Shown here: piece by piece, positions 22,984-37,100 of the stretch
How the letters are laid out: each line of letters starts with the position of its first letter
Position numbering within the stretch: position 1 is the stretch's first letter
From: Octopus sinensis
Taxonomy: Eukaryota
Assembly: GCF_006345805.1 (NCBI RefSeq)
Contig: NC_043001.1
Coordinates: 72,974,001 to 73,038,000 of the forward strand
Direction of reading: 5' to 3'
Length of the DNA stretch: 64,000 bases
Notes under the pieces: generated by a model
What the model was told of the DNA's origin: nothing
Databases searched by the model: none
Seen by the model: only the letters and a program-made list of their open reading frames with translations
Program-made: the position numbers and the translations under genes

Positions 22984-23548
22984 TTAACCCTTTTGTTGCC
23001 ATATTTCCATTGTAATGCATTTCCTTTGTTTCAATGAATTTTGAAAATTATGATGAATTTAGTGAAATATTTGTTTCAGTTAACTCTTAAAATAATGAAA
23101 AATTTTGTGAAATTCTTAAATCGCTAAAAAAAATATATAACCCTTTTGTTATATTCCTGTTAAATACACTGTGTTTATTTCAATTAATTTTGAAAATGGA
23201 AAATTTAATGAAATAACTTTACTTTTTAATCTTTTCTTACCATATTCCCGTTGAAATACAATGATTTTGTTTTAGTCAGTTTTGAAAAATAATCAAGAAT
23301 TTTGTAAAATAACTTTGTCATTGTTAACCCTTATTTTAACATATTTCTGTTGAAATATGCTGTCTTTGTTTCAATTAATTCCTAAAATAATGTAGAATTT
23401 TCTAAAATATCTTTTTCATATTAAACTTGTGTTTAGAACACAAATTAGCATAAATTTTGATAGAAGGTTTTTAATTTAGTTCACTAAAGTTGGTACCATA
23501 GAACTACGGGATAGTCTCAGTCAGATAGGTTGACATCAGAAGGGTTAA
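22984..23548 (+). mobile_element. piggyBac-like MITE with tandemly repeated left end
   Basis: TTAA-CCCTTTT...AAGGG-TTAA termini; the ~85-110-bp left-end unit recurs near 23138, 23226 and 23324. Confidence 0.65.
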
Positions 23549-24699
23549 AGAAGTTTTATTATTACAAGAGATGGTATTTTCTGTCTGAAAAATGGCACCT
23601 TTAGCAAGAACTCCTTGCAATTTTCAGACTCAAGAAATGGAGGCTGAGACAAAATGTTGTAGATTGCTTTGTGACATGTCATTAAAACAAATAGCAAATT
23701 AATGATTAATTTAAGATCCTTGCCAAATTATTCCATGAGACAACTTTGAGTCAGTGTTATTATTGATCACTTAATTATGCTTGATTATTGGTGATTTTTC
23801 TGCAAATGTACTTGCAACACTCACAAAAATAGATCTATTGATTTCCACAGAGTAGTAGTAGTAGTAGTAGTAGTCTCTTGAAAGACACACTATAGTCTTT
23901 GTGTAAATAATCAAATTAACGAAATATAGGTAGCTTTTCTCTATACTATCATTTCTACTACTACTACACCACTACTGCTACAATTTTTGCAAAAGAATTT
24001 TAATTATTGCATTGACTCTATTAGTGATATATTTTCACTTTTCTTGTTTTTCTTCCTATGAGATCTTATTTCACAATATTGATTGACAAAAAGAAAAACA
24101 TTTCTTGCAAGTATTTGGTAATGTAGGGAAGAAGATCGTTATCTTTGTTAAACTATTAGTTTGTACTTAACTGCATCGTTATGCAATCAGAGAATCTATT
24201 TTGTCAGCTTGAGCCTACAGTTGGATTTACAGCACAGAAAAGAAATAATAAAACATTATAAAAGTATTCTTCTCACATAAAACTGAATTGTTAATAAACA
24301 TTCAGTTGTTGTTCTACTTCTGCTTCTCCAACTTGACCGTTTTATATATTTACCAGGTCAAAAAAAAAAAAAAATTAAGTACCAGTTAAGTTCTGGGGTC
24401 AACAGTATTGATTAATCTCCTCCCTTTAAATATGCTGGTCTTGTGTGTAAATCAAAAAGCATTATTATTTTGAGTTTTATTTCTTTTAATTTTGTTTCCA
24501 TTTTTTGCTGTCTTCCCAACTCTTAGGGCAAAGAAACTCATTGTATACATTGATAGGTCATTAAGCTAAACACACACAAAATGAAATGAAGTTATGTGAA
24601 AATGATAAAATTTAAAATACATAGGTAGTAGTGTTTCTCACATTGACAATGCTCTTCTCAATATGTGTGAAATACCAGTTAAAACCGGTAATTGATATA

Positions 24700-25780
24700 C
24701 TACTTTTGCACTTATTGTTGTTTGATTTCACTCAGGCTTGTTTTTACTCCTAGTAGACTTTATGTGAATAGTGGGTTACTACCTGTAACCTTAGATATTC
24801 ACAAGCTTTCAGTAATCTTTCAGGTGTTCAAAACTCTTTTCATAATATTTCCAGTCCCTAAGAGACAAATTTTCTGTAGAAGTTGTACAGAACATTCTAT
24901 TCCAATCTCCTTCAACTATTTGTATATATCATTACTCACAGCTTCTAATGTACCAGTTATTACAGGCACAAACTTTACATTTTTATACTCCAAATTCTTG
25001 CAATTTCAGTTTTAAGGGATTGTATTTTTTTTAATTTTTCATCTTTCTTTACAATCCTGGAATCAAATGAACATAGTGAGTCGATAGCAAGCAACTTTGC
25101 TTTTCCCTAACTATTATTTTTATATATGGTTTATAATTTTCTAGTTTCTTATCCATATGAATATGAAAATTCCATAAAATCTTGCATCTCTCCAATTCAA
25201 GCAGTTTCAATCTGATAATCATACCAGTACTTCCAGCTTCAAATCAACATTTTGTATATTGTCCCTGAGACAACTTTGGATATTCTTCAACAATGTGTGC
25301 CATTGTTTCATTCCAAATTTCACACATTCTATATTTTGCTGATACCTGTTATTATTGTTATTATTTCCATTTTACTTCTTAGAGCCTTTGACTGTACTTG
25401 CTCTGGTTAATTCTGTAAGAGCAGACAGCAACCTGTTGTCAAAGGTCTCACAGGGTCTCTTTCCACATTACTTGAGGCCTGTAGATATGCCACTGCTTCA
25501 AGTAATAGTTTTGATATTGGAACTTCATGTAATCCTTTACAGGTCACTATATCAGCACCAAAAGGATTGACATCAAGTATCATGTCTCTAAGGACATCAA
25601 TAGTATATTCAAGATAGATTGGCTGCAGACAGGATTAAAATTTGATCATGGATTTGACTTCTCAGGAACTTCTCCCTACTTTGTAGTGTATTTCTATTTT
25701 ATAAATGGTACTCCAAATAGTGCATCATCTACTGTCACAATTCTCACACGACTTCTTTGTATTGATTTGTAGGAGCTGGG
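24700..25780 (-). mobile_element. decayed R4/Dong-like RLE non-LTR retrotransposon fragment
   Basis: Minus translation fragments YRMCEIWNETMAHIV, KILWNFHIHMDKKL, LKTEIARIWSIKNVKFVPVITGTL and LLQKICLLGTGNIMKRVL; the part beyond 25330 is less certain. Confidence 0.7.
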
Positions 25781-26470
25781 ACTTAACTACTTTTAGCTAT
25801 TTTATCAACTCTGGTTTTACTGTAGTTATTAAGTATTGTTTTAATAGGCTACATTTGTAATCAACTTTGAACTGTTGATGTGATAGTTAACACAGATCTC
25901 TTGGAATAATTATTATGTTTTTCAAGAATGACCACAAATCAGTAGTAAATTGGAAATAATTAGCGATAATAACAACTATTGTCTTTTCTTTCTCATTTTC
26001 ATTGTCTGGAGAAAACCTATTTACTAATAAGATTGTCTTCTTATAGATAAAATGTAGAATAAATGGTATTACCTGATCGTCAAAGATTGTGTATGTATGT
26101 GTAAGCCTTTAATCACATCAAAATGCAATGAAAATTTCAGATTAATGATAATATAAAATTTAATTCTTATGTGTGTATGCTTGAGTTTGCATGTATGTAT
26201 GTGTGTATAAGCAATAGTAGGATGCTGTGTGCACTAGAAATGTGGAAATCGGAGACATGCAAACTATTGACAGAAAAAAGCAATAAACATGGAACACTTC
26301 TCATCACCCATGGAAGCCAGAGTCAGTGTAGTTTCAATGTGTTTAAAGTTGGACTTTAATTAAATTGAAGTTTCACCTTTTCTGAACTACATGGGTGGTA
26401 ATGAGAGGTATCCCATGTTTATTGCCTTTTCTATGAGTTGTTTGCATGTCTCACTTGGATTTTCATCATA

Positions 26471-26501
<31 letters not shown>

Positions 26502-28525
26502 ATGAAGAATAAAAACATGCACTCACTCACATTAAAAAGAAATGTATTTCCTCACACATAATTTTATTCGTCTTCTGGAACAAGATTTTTATCTCATTTA
26601 TTCATTTATTTGAATTCCTTCATTAAACTAGTTTGTTTACTTGTGAAATATCTTTATAATAAATTATTGGAAAGAAAGAAAAATGAAATAAAGAAAATTA
26701 AGAAAGAAAGAACCTAATTTTTTTTAATATATTTTCAAATTGGTATCATTCAGTTAGTCTTTTTACTTAATTGTCTCACTATGTGAGGAGAATTGGTCAA
26801 AATTTAATAAATGCATTTTAATGAAACTTTTTTCTTTTTTCTGTTTTTTTTTTAAACAGCATTTTTTGCTGATAAGCAATTCTCCAATCAGTTGATATTG
26901 TATGAATTTTAGCTGTTACAGCAAGAACATAGCATGATAAGGCAGGGTGGTTTATAAATTTGCTTCACAAATGTATGCTTGGGTACAATCCAACTGAGTA
27001 CACCTTGGGCAAGTATTGTCATAGCCTGGAGTAGACCAATACCTTGTGAATGGAATTTGGTAGACAAAAACTGCTTATATATATATATATGTTTGTGTGT
27101 GCCTGTGTATATTGGTCTAAGTCCCTTGATTACTGTAGATAAGGAAGGGCAAGTAATGAGATGATGGTGCCTGTAGATGCAGAAATACATACCTCAAAAG
27201 AGGCCAAAAATGTAAAAATGTTTTGCCTCATACTTTTGTCAGTTTTACTGTGAGTACAAGTATTGCTAAACATTTCACTAACTTATTATATAAATGTTGT
27301 CCTCAACAATCATAAATTGTGTAAAATATCAGTATACTAAGAATAATGCTAAAATTTAATTTCAGTTGTTCTCACTTTCAGTATGGAAATAATCAATCGT
27401 AAAAAGTTGTTAACAACTAGGTAGTTTATTGTATGAAAGTATTTATAGCTAATGTTTCAGTTTATAAAGGTTAATGGGGAGTTGCTTTAAGTTAAGTTAT
27501 AATCAACATATATATACCTTCAGAAACTATGAAAGATTTTTTTGACAATTTATTGAGATCATGTATATTATTTTAAAAAAACTAACCATATACTATTGAA
27601 TCATTTGGAAGATATGAAATCATGCCATATTTTATAAAAAAAGAGTAACACTAGTTGTGATCTTTATATTTCAGCGACAAAAAAAATTAGCCTGTTGTTT
27701 GAAAGAAACTCTTTAGAACTTTTGTCATCCTAGATCAAAATTCGTGTTAAAATATTTTAAAATCACTAGCAAAGGAATGCATGACAGCCTAGGCTCTTAC
27801 TGTTATACATTCCAAACAGATAAAAAATGTCTTAACATGTACCTAATGACCAAAGGATTTTTTTTAATGTTTCATATATAAAATATAAGATTGGTTGATT
27901 CAATTCTTTTATTACACCCAAATCAGAAAAAGCATGGAGCTGAGTGCCATAGTTTGTGAAGTTTCAGTTGAAAATAATTTTGTGTGTGTAGATGTATGAA
28001 ATATTTTTGATTTTTATTACTACTTTTAACCCAGCTAAGCTATTGTTCTCATTTTGACTTTGTACTAACCATCATCTAACAAACATTCTCAACTCCCACT
28101 TTGTTTTTTCTTATTGCCCATTCTTCATTTCTGCCCTAAGCCTTCTCTTTAACCAACTTTTCTACTTAATCTGCACTTTGACCTTTAATTACTTTATTGA
28201 CCTGTAACCAGTTTACTTGATTTATTGTCTTGAACAAAATGAAAACACTATTTTTATTGAAATTCATAGATAATAAAATCCATCTAACTTCCCACTTTTC
28301 TTTTGATTAGACTTTCTTTCCTACACACACACACACACACACATACACAAACTATAGGCAAATTCTCTTTCACTGGTTGAACAAGCCAATAGGCAAAACT
28401 TGAGGCCCAAGACAACTTGATCTTCACAGTGACATTTGACTCTAGAATTACAGCAATAGTAAATGCTCAACTGTTATTCTGAAAAGTACTTTAAATGATA
28501 GCATTATTTTAACATTATGCACCTA

Positions 28526-28526
28526 C

Positions 28527-28594
<68 letters not shown>

Positions 28595-28618
28595 ATGTAT
28601 ATATATATATATATATAT
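28526..28618. repeat. (CTAT)n followed by (TA)n microsatellite
   Basis: Direct reading of the sequence. Confidence 0.95.
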
Positions 28619-28882
28619 TGTCTACTGAACGTAAAACCAGATGGAAGACAAACACAGACAGTGCCTAATTCTTCATCAGTTATCAACCAATTGCTAATAC
28701 ACAGTTTCACACCTTTAATGATAAGACTGAGAGCTTCACTATTGGCAGCTCCTGCAACAAAAAAAAATCTGTTTGTGGAGAGTTCAGGGCTGAGAGTAAA
28801 CAAAACAAAACAAAGTGACACGGAGTGTGATTTAGGACAGTGGACAAGGACAAACAGTTGAGCAAAATATAGCATTAGAACC
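28619..28882 (-). mobile_element. unique insert between TA arrays carrying a permuted hammerhead-like motif
   Basis: Bounded by (TA)n; minus strand reads GAAACUGUGUA, a hairpin, then CUGAUGA (28673-28708). Confidence 0.45.
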
Positions 28883-29942
28883 ATATATATATGTATGTAT
28901 GTATTTATGTTTGTGTGTGTATATATATGTATTCCTGTATAGTTATGTATAGATATGTGTATGTGTGTGTATATATATGTATGTATATATATATGTAGAG
29001 AGAGAGGTGTGTGTATGTATGCATGTGTATGTGTTATAGATGTTTATATATGTTTGTTTGTGTGTGTGTATTTACATAATTTTCCTTTTATAATGTACTT
29101 TTCCATGCCTGCATGGGTCAGGCGAAATTTGTTGAGACAGATTTCTGTCAACCAGAGGTTCTTCCTGTTGCCAATCTACACTAGTTTCTAAGCAAGGTAA
29201 TATTTTTCACTTAGTCCTTTGAACAAGAACAACACAATGTTCAAATATGTTTTTGTGGAATATTGTAAATAACTACACCACTTATATGAAAGTGACATTT
29301 GTTTACAATATTAGCCTGTCATGTCAAGGTAACATGAACATACGTGCATATGTGTGTACGTGTGTGTGTAACTAATGCCAGCATGGAAAATGGACATTAA
29401 ATGACGATGATATATGATAAGCTTCTTTTAGTTTCTGTCTACTAAATTCACTCACATGTCTTAGGTTGACCTTAGGCTAGGTGCTGTGCCATGGATCTGA
29501 ATCCAAGATCCTGTGATCATGAAGCAAATTTCTTAACCACACAGCTATGCCTGTGCCTACAATATGTTCAAACACTTAAATTTGTAACAAATTTCCTACC
29601 AATTACATAGACTTATACAAAATATATGTATGGAAGATGCTGTAGTCACCATTTGTCTTCAGTTAAGCATACCTATAATCAAAGGTATCTCAGTTGTGAC
29701 CACCCTGTCTTTTTGTGTACCAACAGTTAACAGTACCCAACGTGTCCTCTTTTTAACCTTTAGCACACCTAGGCACATCATGACAGCATACAAGTTTTCT
29801 CCCTTGTAGCTGCAGTTGCACTGTGTCGCATTGAGAGGGGAGAGAACTTGTATGGTGACGTGATGCATCTACAGCATGCTAAAACTTAAGATAGAATTTG
29901 ACTTGATGAAGATTTGACTGCTAGTCAAACAACTATGCAGAA

Positions 29943-30183
29943 TAGTGGTTCTCAACCATTTTTCGCCTATGGACCCTTTTGATCCTTATTTTATTCTAAC
30001 CATTCAATGTATTTTTAAAAAATCCCATTGTAATTCTATTATTAAATATTATTAGGAATTGTATAAAAAAAATTTAATAGTTTGTGTATTGTAGAAGTAT
30101 AAGCAATTTATTGCACATAAATTTTAACAACAAATCTTATATGGACCCCTGGGTGCCATATGGACCTCAGTTGAGAACAGCTT
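29943..30183. mobile_element. hAT (Charlie-like) MITE
   Basis: TIRs TAGTGGTTCTCAAC / GTTGAGAACAGCT with subterminal TATGGACC repeats. Confidence 0.65.
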
Positions 30184-30252
30184 ATGTAAAGGCTCCTTCA
30201 TTGGCTTGTATGGAGTATGACTGTGATATTGTTCTGGCATCCACCAGTGTAT

Positions 30253-30570
30253 GTGGGAGACCCCCTTCGGTCATGACTGACCATAGGATTGCACCTAGAA
30301 AGTTACCCTCCTAGGTACAAGTCCGGGCAAGGTTGTTTATGGAAGACCAGCAGTCGCCCATGCATACCAGCCTCCCCTCTCCACACTACTGATGTTATCC
30401 AAGGGAAAGGCAAAGGCTGATACAGCTCATTTCTACAGCTGAGTTAACTGGAGCAACATGAAATAAAGTGTCTTGCTCAAGAACAAAACACGCAGCCCAG
30501 TCCGGGAATCGAACTCACAACCTCACGATCGTAAGCTCAACGCTCTAACCACTGAGCCATGCACCTTCAC
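30253..30570 (-). mobile_element. tRNA-derived SINE (family C) with target-site duplication
   Basis: Head GTGAAGGTGCATGGCTCAGTGGTTAGAGCG...GAGTTCGATTCCCGG with A and B boxes; TSD CAGTGTAT at 30245-30252 and 30571-30578. Confidence 0.85.
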
Positions 30571-31192
30571 CAGTGTATAGTAAATATATTATTATAACCA
30601 GTATAATAGGTAATATAATAAACATGTTTATTCTTTATTGATAAACTCTTAAATATACAATGACTATCAATGTTGTAGAACAGTGCTTCTGAAACCTTTC
30701 TAACTATTGCTCTTTCTTTTTTAACATCACCTTTTCACCACTCCTTTGCTACAATTCAATACACGTTTTTTTTACTTAAATGTACATGTATGCAGTATTA
30801 GTCCAGTGTAATTTAGTTGTGGATACGAGTTTGATGCTGGTGACTGCTTACCACACCACCACCCAACAGTCAGCAAATATTTGATGCATCACTGCTTGAC
30901 CTTAATTATTGATCTAACCCGTTAGCACATGGTTCCAGCCAGAGTCAGCTGTGTATTCTTTGGGCTTCAGATATGCCTCCATAGCTACCACTTGAAATTT
31001 ATCTTTATATATTGATTTATAGTTGTATTTTCTGTGTTCACAAGTACACACACACATGCACGCACACACAAACATGCAAATATTGATTTCTTTGACCACA
31101 TGCAAGTTAACATATCTGTTTATACACGTGGCTAGATTATAAGATTAACAGATGACACTTGTAACTAAAATCAACAACATTAAAGCATATGC

Positions 31193-31229
<37 letters not shown>

Positions 31230-31517
31230 CATACAAGTCAGGTTGTTACTTAACATTGCCAAGTGCAGTTGGCCATCTTTATCACATTTATGGAAATACC
31301 CACAAATTTTAACAATGTCCTTTGCATTATACTTTTTTTGTGATTTATATGCATTGGTTGCATATATTTGGTTTTGTTTATTTACTTATTGACATTTTAA
31401 CGTCTACTATTATCTATGTTGTTGCTGTTATATATAACACAGGTTTTCATAAGTTCACATTTAAAAACTTTAAGTTAAATAGGAGACAAAAACTGGAAAA
31501 AGAAAGAAAAATATACT

Positions 31518-31655
31518 GATGCAGGCATGGCTATGAAGTAAGAAGTTTGCTTCCAAACTACATGGTTCTTTCTGGGTCCAGTCCCATTATGTGGTACCTG
31601 TTATAGCCCCAGGCTGACCAAAGTGGATTTGGTAGAATAAACTGAAAGTAGCCTG

Positions 31656-31692
<37 letters not shown>

Positions 31693-31937
31693 CACACACA
31701 CACATACATGTGTACACCTTTGTGTATGCGCTTGTCCCCCACCACTGCTCAATAACCAGTGTTGGTGTGTTTACATCCCCATAATTTAGCATTTCGGCAA
31801 AAGAGACTGATAGAATAAGTACCAGGCTTTACAAAAAGATAATAAGCACTGGGTTTGATTCATTTGACTAAAATTCTTCAAGGTGGTGTCCCAGCATGGT
31901 CACAGTCTAATGACTGAAACAAGAAAAAGATAAAAAG
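31518..31937 (+). mobile_element. tRNA-derived SINE (family A)
   Basis: GCAGGCATGGCT...AAGAAGTTTGCTTCC head; ends TGACTGAAACAAGAAAAGATAAAAGA. Confidence 0.8.
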
Positions 31938-33032
31938 ATGCAAGGTATTGTCCTAAATACAGACTTTATTCCTTGTAATTCAATAGAATTTTCCTCTGTC
32001 CTTCCGAGGTTGGTACTATCCACTTTGAGATTTACCTTTCTACATTTAACATTGTCTATCATTCAGTTTTCATATTTCTGGGAAATTCCAAGATTTACTG
32101 AAACTTGTAAGCTTTATTGTTGTTTTTGTTTTGTTCTTTATTCAGTTTAAAAGTTGATATAATAATACCCCAGACGCTAATTTTCATTCATGGTTTACTC
32201 AACTAAAATTGTTAGAAACTTTTGGAAAAAATAAATTCTTAAACTTTTTTTTTCTCAGTATGTATGTAATTTAAGAGACCAAGAAAATATGACTGTTTAT
32301 TAAAAGCATTTGAAGAACCAACTCAGAGGACAACATTTTTTTATGTTTTTACTTTTTTAGAATCCTGACAGTAAAATAGAAGTAATTTAAAAAAGAAAAA
32401 CAAATTTTTAAAATTGCCAATCAGAAATACAGTTATAGCTTCTGTCTGCTGTAAAATGTATTGAAAATTCTTTGTGGCTCTGAAAAAAATGAAGAAAAGT
32501 TATTAATGACCAATCCCATGTGGTGCCTACCAATGATAAAAATAGAAAAACAAATAGAAATGAAAAAAGAAATGAAATTTTCTAGCATATCTTCCATGAA
32601 TGTAGAAGGAATTGAAAAAGTATCTGGTAAAGAAGAATTATTTAATTTATTTAATTTAAACGTTTTGTGTTATTTTGTTTATTACTTTGAATAAAAAGTA
32701 AGTTAATATTGAATTCGCAAGCACAGCTCTCCTCATTGAAGTTTTTGAATAGGATGTGTAAATTGATGCCTCTTTGAAAGGTTAAATTGTTTGATATGTA
32801 ATATATAACATTCTTTTCATGATTTCATTTCTTCAACTGAGTTAGATTCTCATTAGAGCTATTGTAATGACATTTATTCAAGTTGAAACGAAGTGAATTC
32901 TTTACACACGGCTCTCAATTTAACATGTCTAAATATCTATGTGTCTATCTATTTAACCATCTGTCTATATGCCTGTCTATCTAATTATCTATATATCTAT
33001 GTGCCTATCCAATTATCTGTCTGTCTAATCTA

Positions 33033-33083
<51 letters not shown>

Positions 33084-33389
33084 CCTCCCTCCCTCCCTCT
33101 CTCTCTCTATCATAGATAGATAGAAAGGTAGTTAGATAGATAGACTGATTGATAGATAGATAGATCGAGACAATCAATCTTCTGGATTCTTAATTGAAAA
33201 TTATCATTTATCTAGCTAGCTTGATAGATATAAAGATAAATGATAACAGAAGGTTGTTTCTTAGAAACCAATTCTCTGGATAATTTTCCTCCTTTTACTT
33301 TATTATCTGTCCAACTTTGATACTATCATTACTCCAAAATTGTAGCTAAATCTCTCTCAAACCATACCTGGAGTCTCAAAACAAAAATC

Positions 33390-34160
33390 TGACGATGTTT
33401 GACATGCGGAAAAGAAGTAGGTTTAAATATATGTTGCATCCAGTGTAAGCTAAGGATACATAAGGGGTGTAATGGAATCACAGGCAGACTAACAGAGAAC
33501 ATAAACTTAGCATATGACAGATGCAGTGAAGCAGTTCATACTAGGAGCATACAGGAAGTAGCTTCTCTTAAATGTTCAGATGGCTCATTAGAAGTAGTTG
33601 ATAGCTTTTGTTACCTAGATATAATTAGCAAGGGAGGTGATTGCTCTGAAATTATAGTAGCTAGAGCAAGATGTGTTGGAGAAAGTTCAGAGAACTACTA
33701 CTCCTGTTGGAATCAGAGGTCTTTTCTCATGGGCAGATTGTATGACACTTGTGTTAGAACTGCAATGCTATATTGTAATGAGACATGTGTCTTGGCTCCA
33801 GAGAATTTGAGAACTCTAGAAAGAAATGAAGCAAGCCTGCTCTGATGGATGTGCACTGTAAGTGTGCATGAAAGACATAGCACAAATATGCTGAGAGAAA
33901 AGAACCAGGGATATGAAGAATAAGATGTAATGTACAAGAAAGAACACTGTGCTGGATGTGCGATGTATATAGATGAGGACAGTTGTGCAAAGAGGTGTTG
34001 GTCACTTAATGTTAATGAAGCTTGTAGAAGGGAGAGACCCCAGGAAGACTTGGGATGAAGTGGTGAAGGCTGATCTGAGGACCTTGAATTTCACATTGAT
34101 GACAAAGGACTGAGATGACTGTCAATAAGCAATTCTCTAGAAAACCCATCCGTCTTGGCA
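33390..34160 (+). mobile_element. RTE-type LINE fragment with a PHD-like Cys/His finger upstream of the RT C-terminal region
   Basis: CLTCGKEVGLNICCIQCKLRIHKGC...YDRC, then LEVVDSFCYL, GRLYDTCVRTAML and RKTWDEVV. Confidence 0.8.
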
Positions 34161-37100
34161 AAACTGAGTTCTGGTAGTGCTGTGTTTGTGTTTATATGTA
34201 CAACTAGAGCTTGGCTCAATTTCTTTCTTCCTCGAGACACTCTCATTCCTTCCCATTGCCTCCTTGATGCCACTTACTTTTCTCACTACTCAGAACCATT
34301 CTTCATCCAACAATATTGTTTTCTCCATTGACACCCTTATTGATTCCCACAACCACCATCTCTGAGCCATCAAATTATCTCTCCTTCCCTTCCTCCTTAC
34401 AGCTCCCCCTCCTCATGCATTGTGCCTGCTCCTCTCTTACCCATCCACTTCAACTTATCCAACATCATGTCTTTTCTCAGCCTTCTCCTGTCAACTGCAT
34501 CATTATTACTATTCTGCTGCTCTGCAGTTCAGTTGTCTCCTACTCCTCCTTCCTTACTAACTCTAGCATAGTTGATAGTAGCCTGTCTCCTTTGCCCTCA
34601 CCCCCCATACTGTCTTGCAACTTCCACCCACTCATTTCTACCTACCTCCACATACCTAATAGGGTCTACCCAGATACTTCATCATCTCTGTTTGTTATCA
34701 GTTTCCAGCTACCCCCCAATCACTTCCACCCTCTCTTCTATAATGTAGCTCCTCCACAGCAAGAAACCAGTTCTACTCTAGCCCCTTCTCTCATACTTTT
34801 AGCTCTCATCTTCTAACATAAGGCTGCCCACCTCAGTGTTTGTAGTCTCGCAAGTAGTATAGTAACTACACTAGTGTTAGTGGCACAGAAAAAGCACGCA
34901 GTGCATGCTGTAAAGTGGTTGGTATTAGAAAGGGCATTCAGCCATAAAATCCATGGAGAGCCTTGAGAGTATCTGTGTCTGCTTGTGACTACATCCGCAC
35001 CTAAAACAATTAACAGGTTAGAGAAAGCATGATACAAGGGACCTGGTCACACTCAATTGCAAATGACAGTTAAGCAACTCTGATATTAAGTAGAGCTATA
35101 GTAAGAGCTATTGCTGTCTTTTTATACATCTAGGAACTACATAAACCAATGTTCTTTCCTTTTTTTTTTAATATTGTAGAGTGTGGTATGAGAGAACTTG
35201 ACTGCTATTTCCTCTGGAAGCATCCTCATAGCTACTGGTAACATGCAATAAATGAGTAGTGTGGAATGTCTGTTAGTGACTAGTATCTATTAACTTACTG
35301 ACCTACTCAGAGGTCAAGTGTGTTATCAGTAAGGCTTTGCTGATAGCTTAACATGTAAGAACACCCCTCTCCCACCCAACCGACCACTTTTCTATAAGCC
35401 AGTGATTAAGGTTTAAACAGCAGATTGATACTGTTGTTGGTGGTGGTGGTGGAGGAGGAGGGGAAAAGGAGGAGGTATGGTGAAAGGAAGACATGTAATA
35501 TTGTTATAATCTCAGACATTTTTTTCTGGAGGAAGGCAATGGGTTTTCTGTTATTCACACCTCATAAACATGTGTCATATATGAGAGTTGCTATTCGATC
35601 ACTTGACCTACTTGAAATAGTAACCAAAAATTGTACACATTCAACCATGTAATCTTAGGTGCACTTGTGGCTAAACTAACACCTCTGATCAGGGCTGATC
35701 GCTTGGCTAAACAGTAACAGCAACAACAATACACATTATATAAACAAAGGGTGAATGTGAGACTAGTTTACATTAGGGGAAGATGAGAGTGATCTGCTTA
35801 TTTTCCTATTTGGCAAACCTTGTTTCCTCAAAACAACTAGACAAAACTTTGCCATTCCTTTTCTTAGTCGTATTAGGATTGTCAGTGTAATAAGCTTAGT
35901 ATGGCTGATTGGTGAAGAAGTTTGCTTTGCACCCACAAAAACAAAGGTTCAAGCCTTCTGCATGACATCTCTGACAAGTACCATTTTCTAGCCTTGTGTC
36001 TGGCCATACCTTGTGAATGAAATTGAAGTAGATGGAAACTGTACAGAAGCCCATCAGATGGATTGCACCTATAATTTGCAAAAGTAGTTTTGTCACACAC
36101 ACAAACTGTGTCATACTGATTCAACTTGAGGATTATGTTAAGAGTACATGTGTTTGTAGAATATTCAGTGACTTGCACCTTAATTCTGGTGCAGATAATG
36201 CAGATGATCTGAATTCTCATCAACAAGTGTCAGAGATCCACTACAACCACCATATTGCCCCAATTAATTTTTCTCTCTTTCCTCTCCTCTCCCACTATAC
36301 TCAACAGTTTTTAATTATACTTCTTTGTTTTAATTTCTCTACATTTTCTATCTTTATTAAATAATATTTCCATTTCAATTATTTTTCCTCCTTCTGTATC
36401 TTTGTGTTGGTTCTGCTCATTGTTTTTCAAAAATATTCTCAAATGAAATAATGCCAATTATAGAATGTTCACTGAATGTCTTTAGTAACTCCCTAAGGCC
36501 CCATATTTATTAACAGAGAGTCAGGAATGGTTTTGTGTCTGTTCTGTAAGGCAGCACTCTGGGAGCTTTCAACAAAAAGAAATTTCTTTGTCACTGCTGA
36601 TACATTCAAGCTGTTTGCACACACACACACATCAAAAAAGAAAAAATTACTGGCAAACACTGTGTGAGTCTTTTCTCTTGTTTACTTCCTTTGTTGTACA
36701 GTTATTGACAGTGTGTATAAGGCATTGTTGCTTAGTTCCTTGTAATTTTCAGTAAACTGTTTGTCAGTATTTGGAAAAGAAGTGAGAAAATGTGAGGTTT
36801 AAGCATTTACGAGGATACTGGGAATTGGAAGAGGACATGAAAATATATAAATTTTTGGAAGTTATTTTTGTCAGATAACATGAATGCCAGAGTAATAATG
36901 TATTTGCAACCTTTCATAACGTAATGCTAATAAACATTACAAGACTTCAAAAACTTTCCATACCACAGTACCATGCTACTAATTCCTCCAGTCTTTGACA
37001 CAATGGTTTGATTTATTTTCTACTGTGGAGGAGACTATAGTATGTCTCTTATACTGGGAATTCTGTTTTGTATGGTTTATCAGCTAGCTACCTAGTTTTT

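Noticed and set aside
30490-30570. Functional tRNA gene
   Set aside because: The tRNA-like head runs straight into a SINE body with a TSD and does not close a proper acceptor stem; the same applies to family A and B heads.
34180-34815. Pyrimidine-rich ORF 34316-34816, and the purine-rich stretch 37560-38100
   Set aside because: S/P/L-rich compositional ORFs with no recognisable motif; probably ancient repeat debris that I cannot assign.
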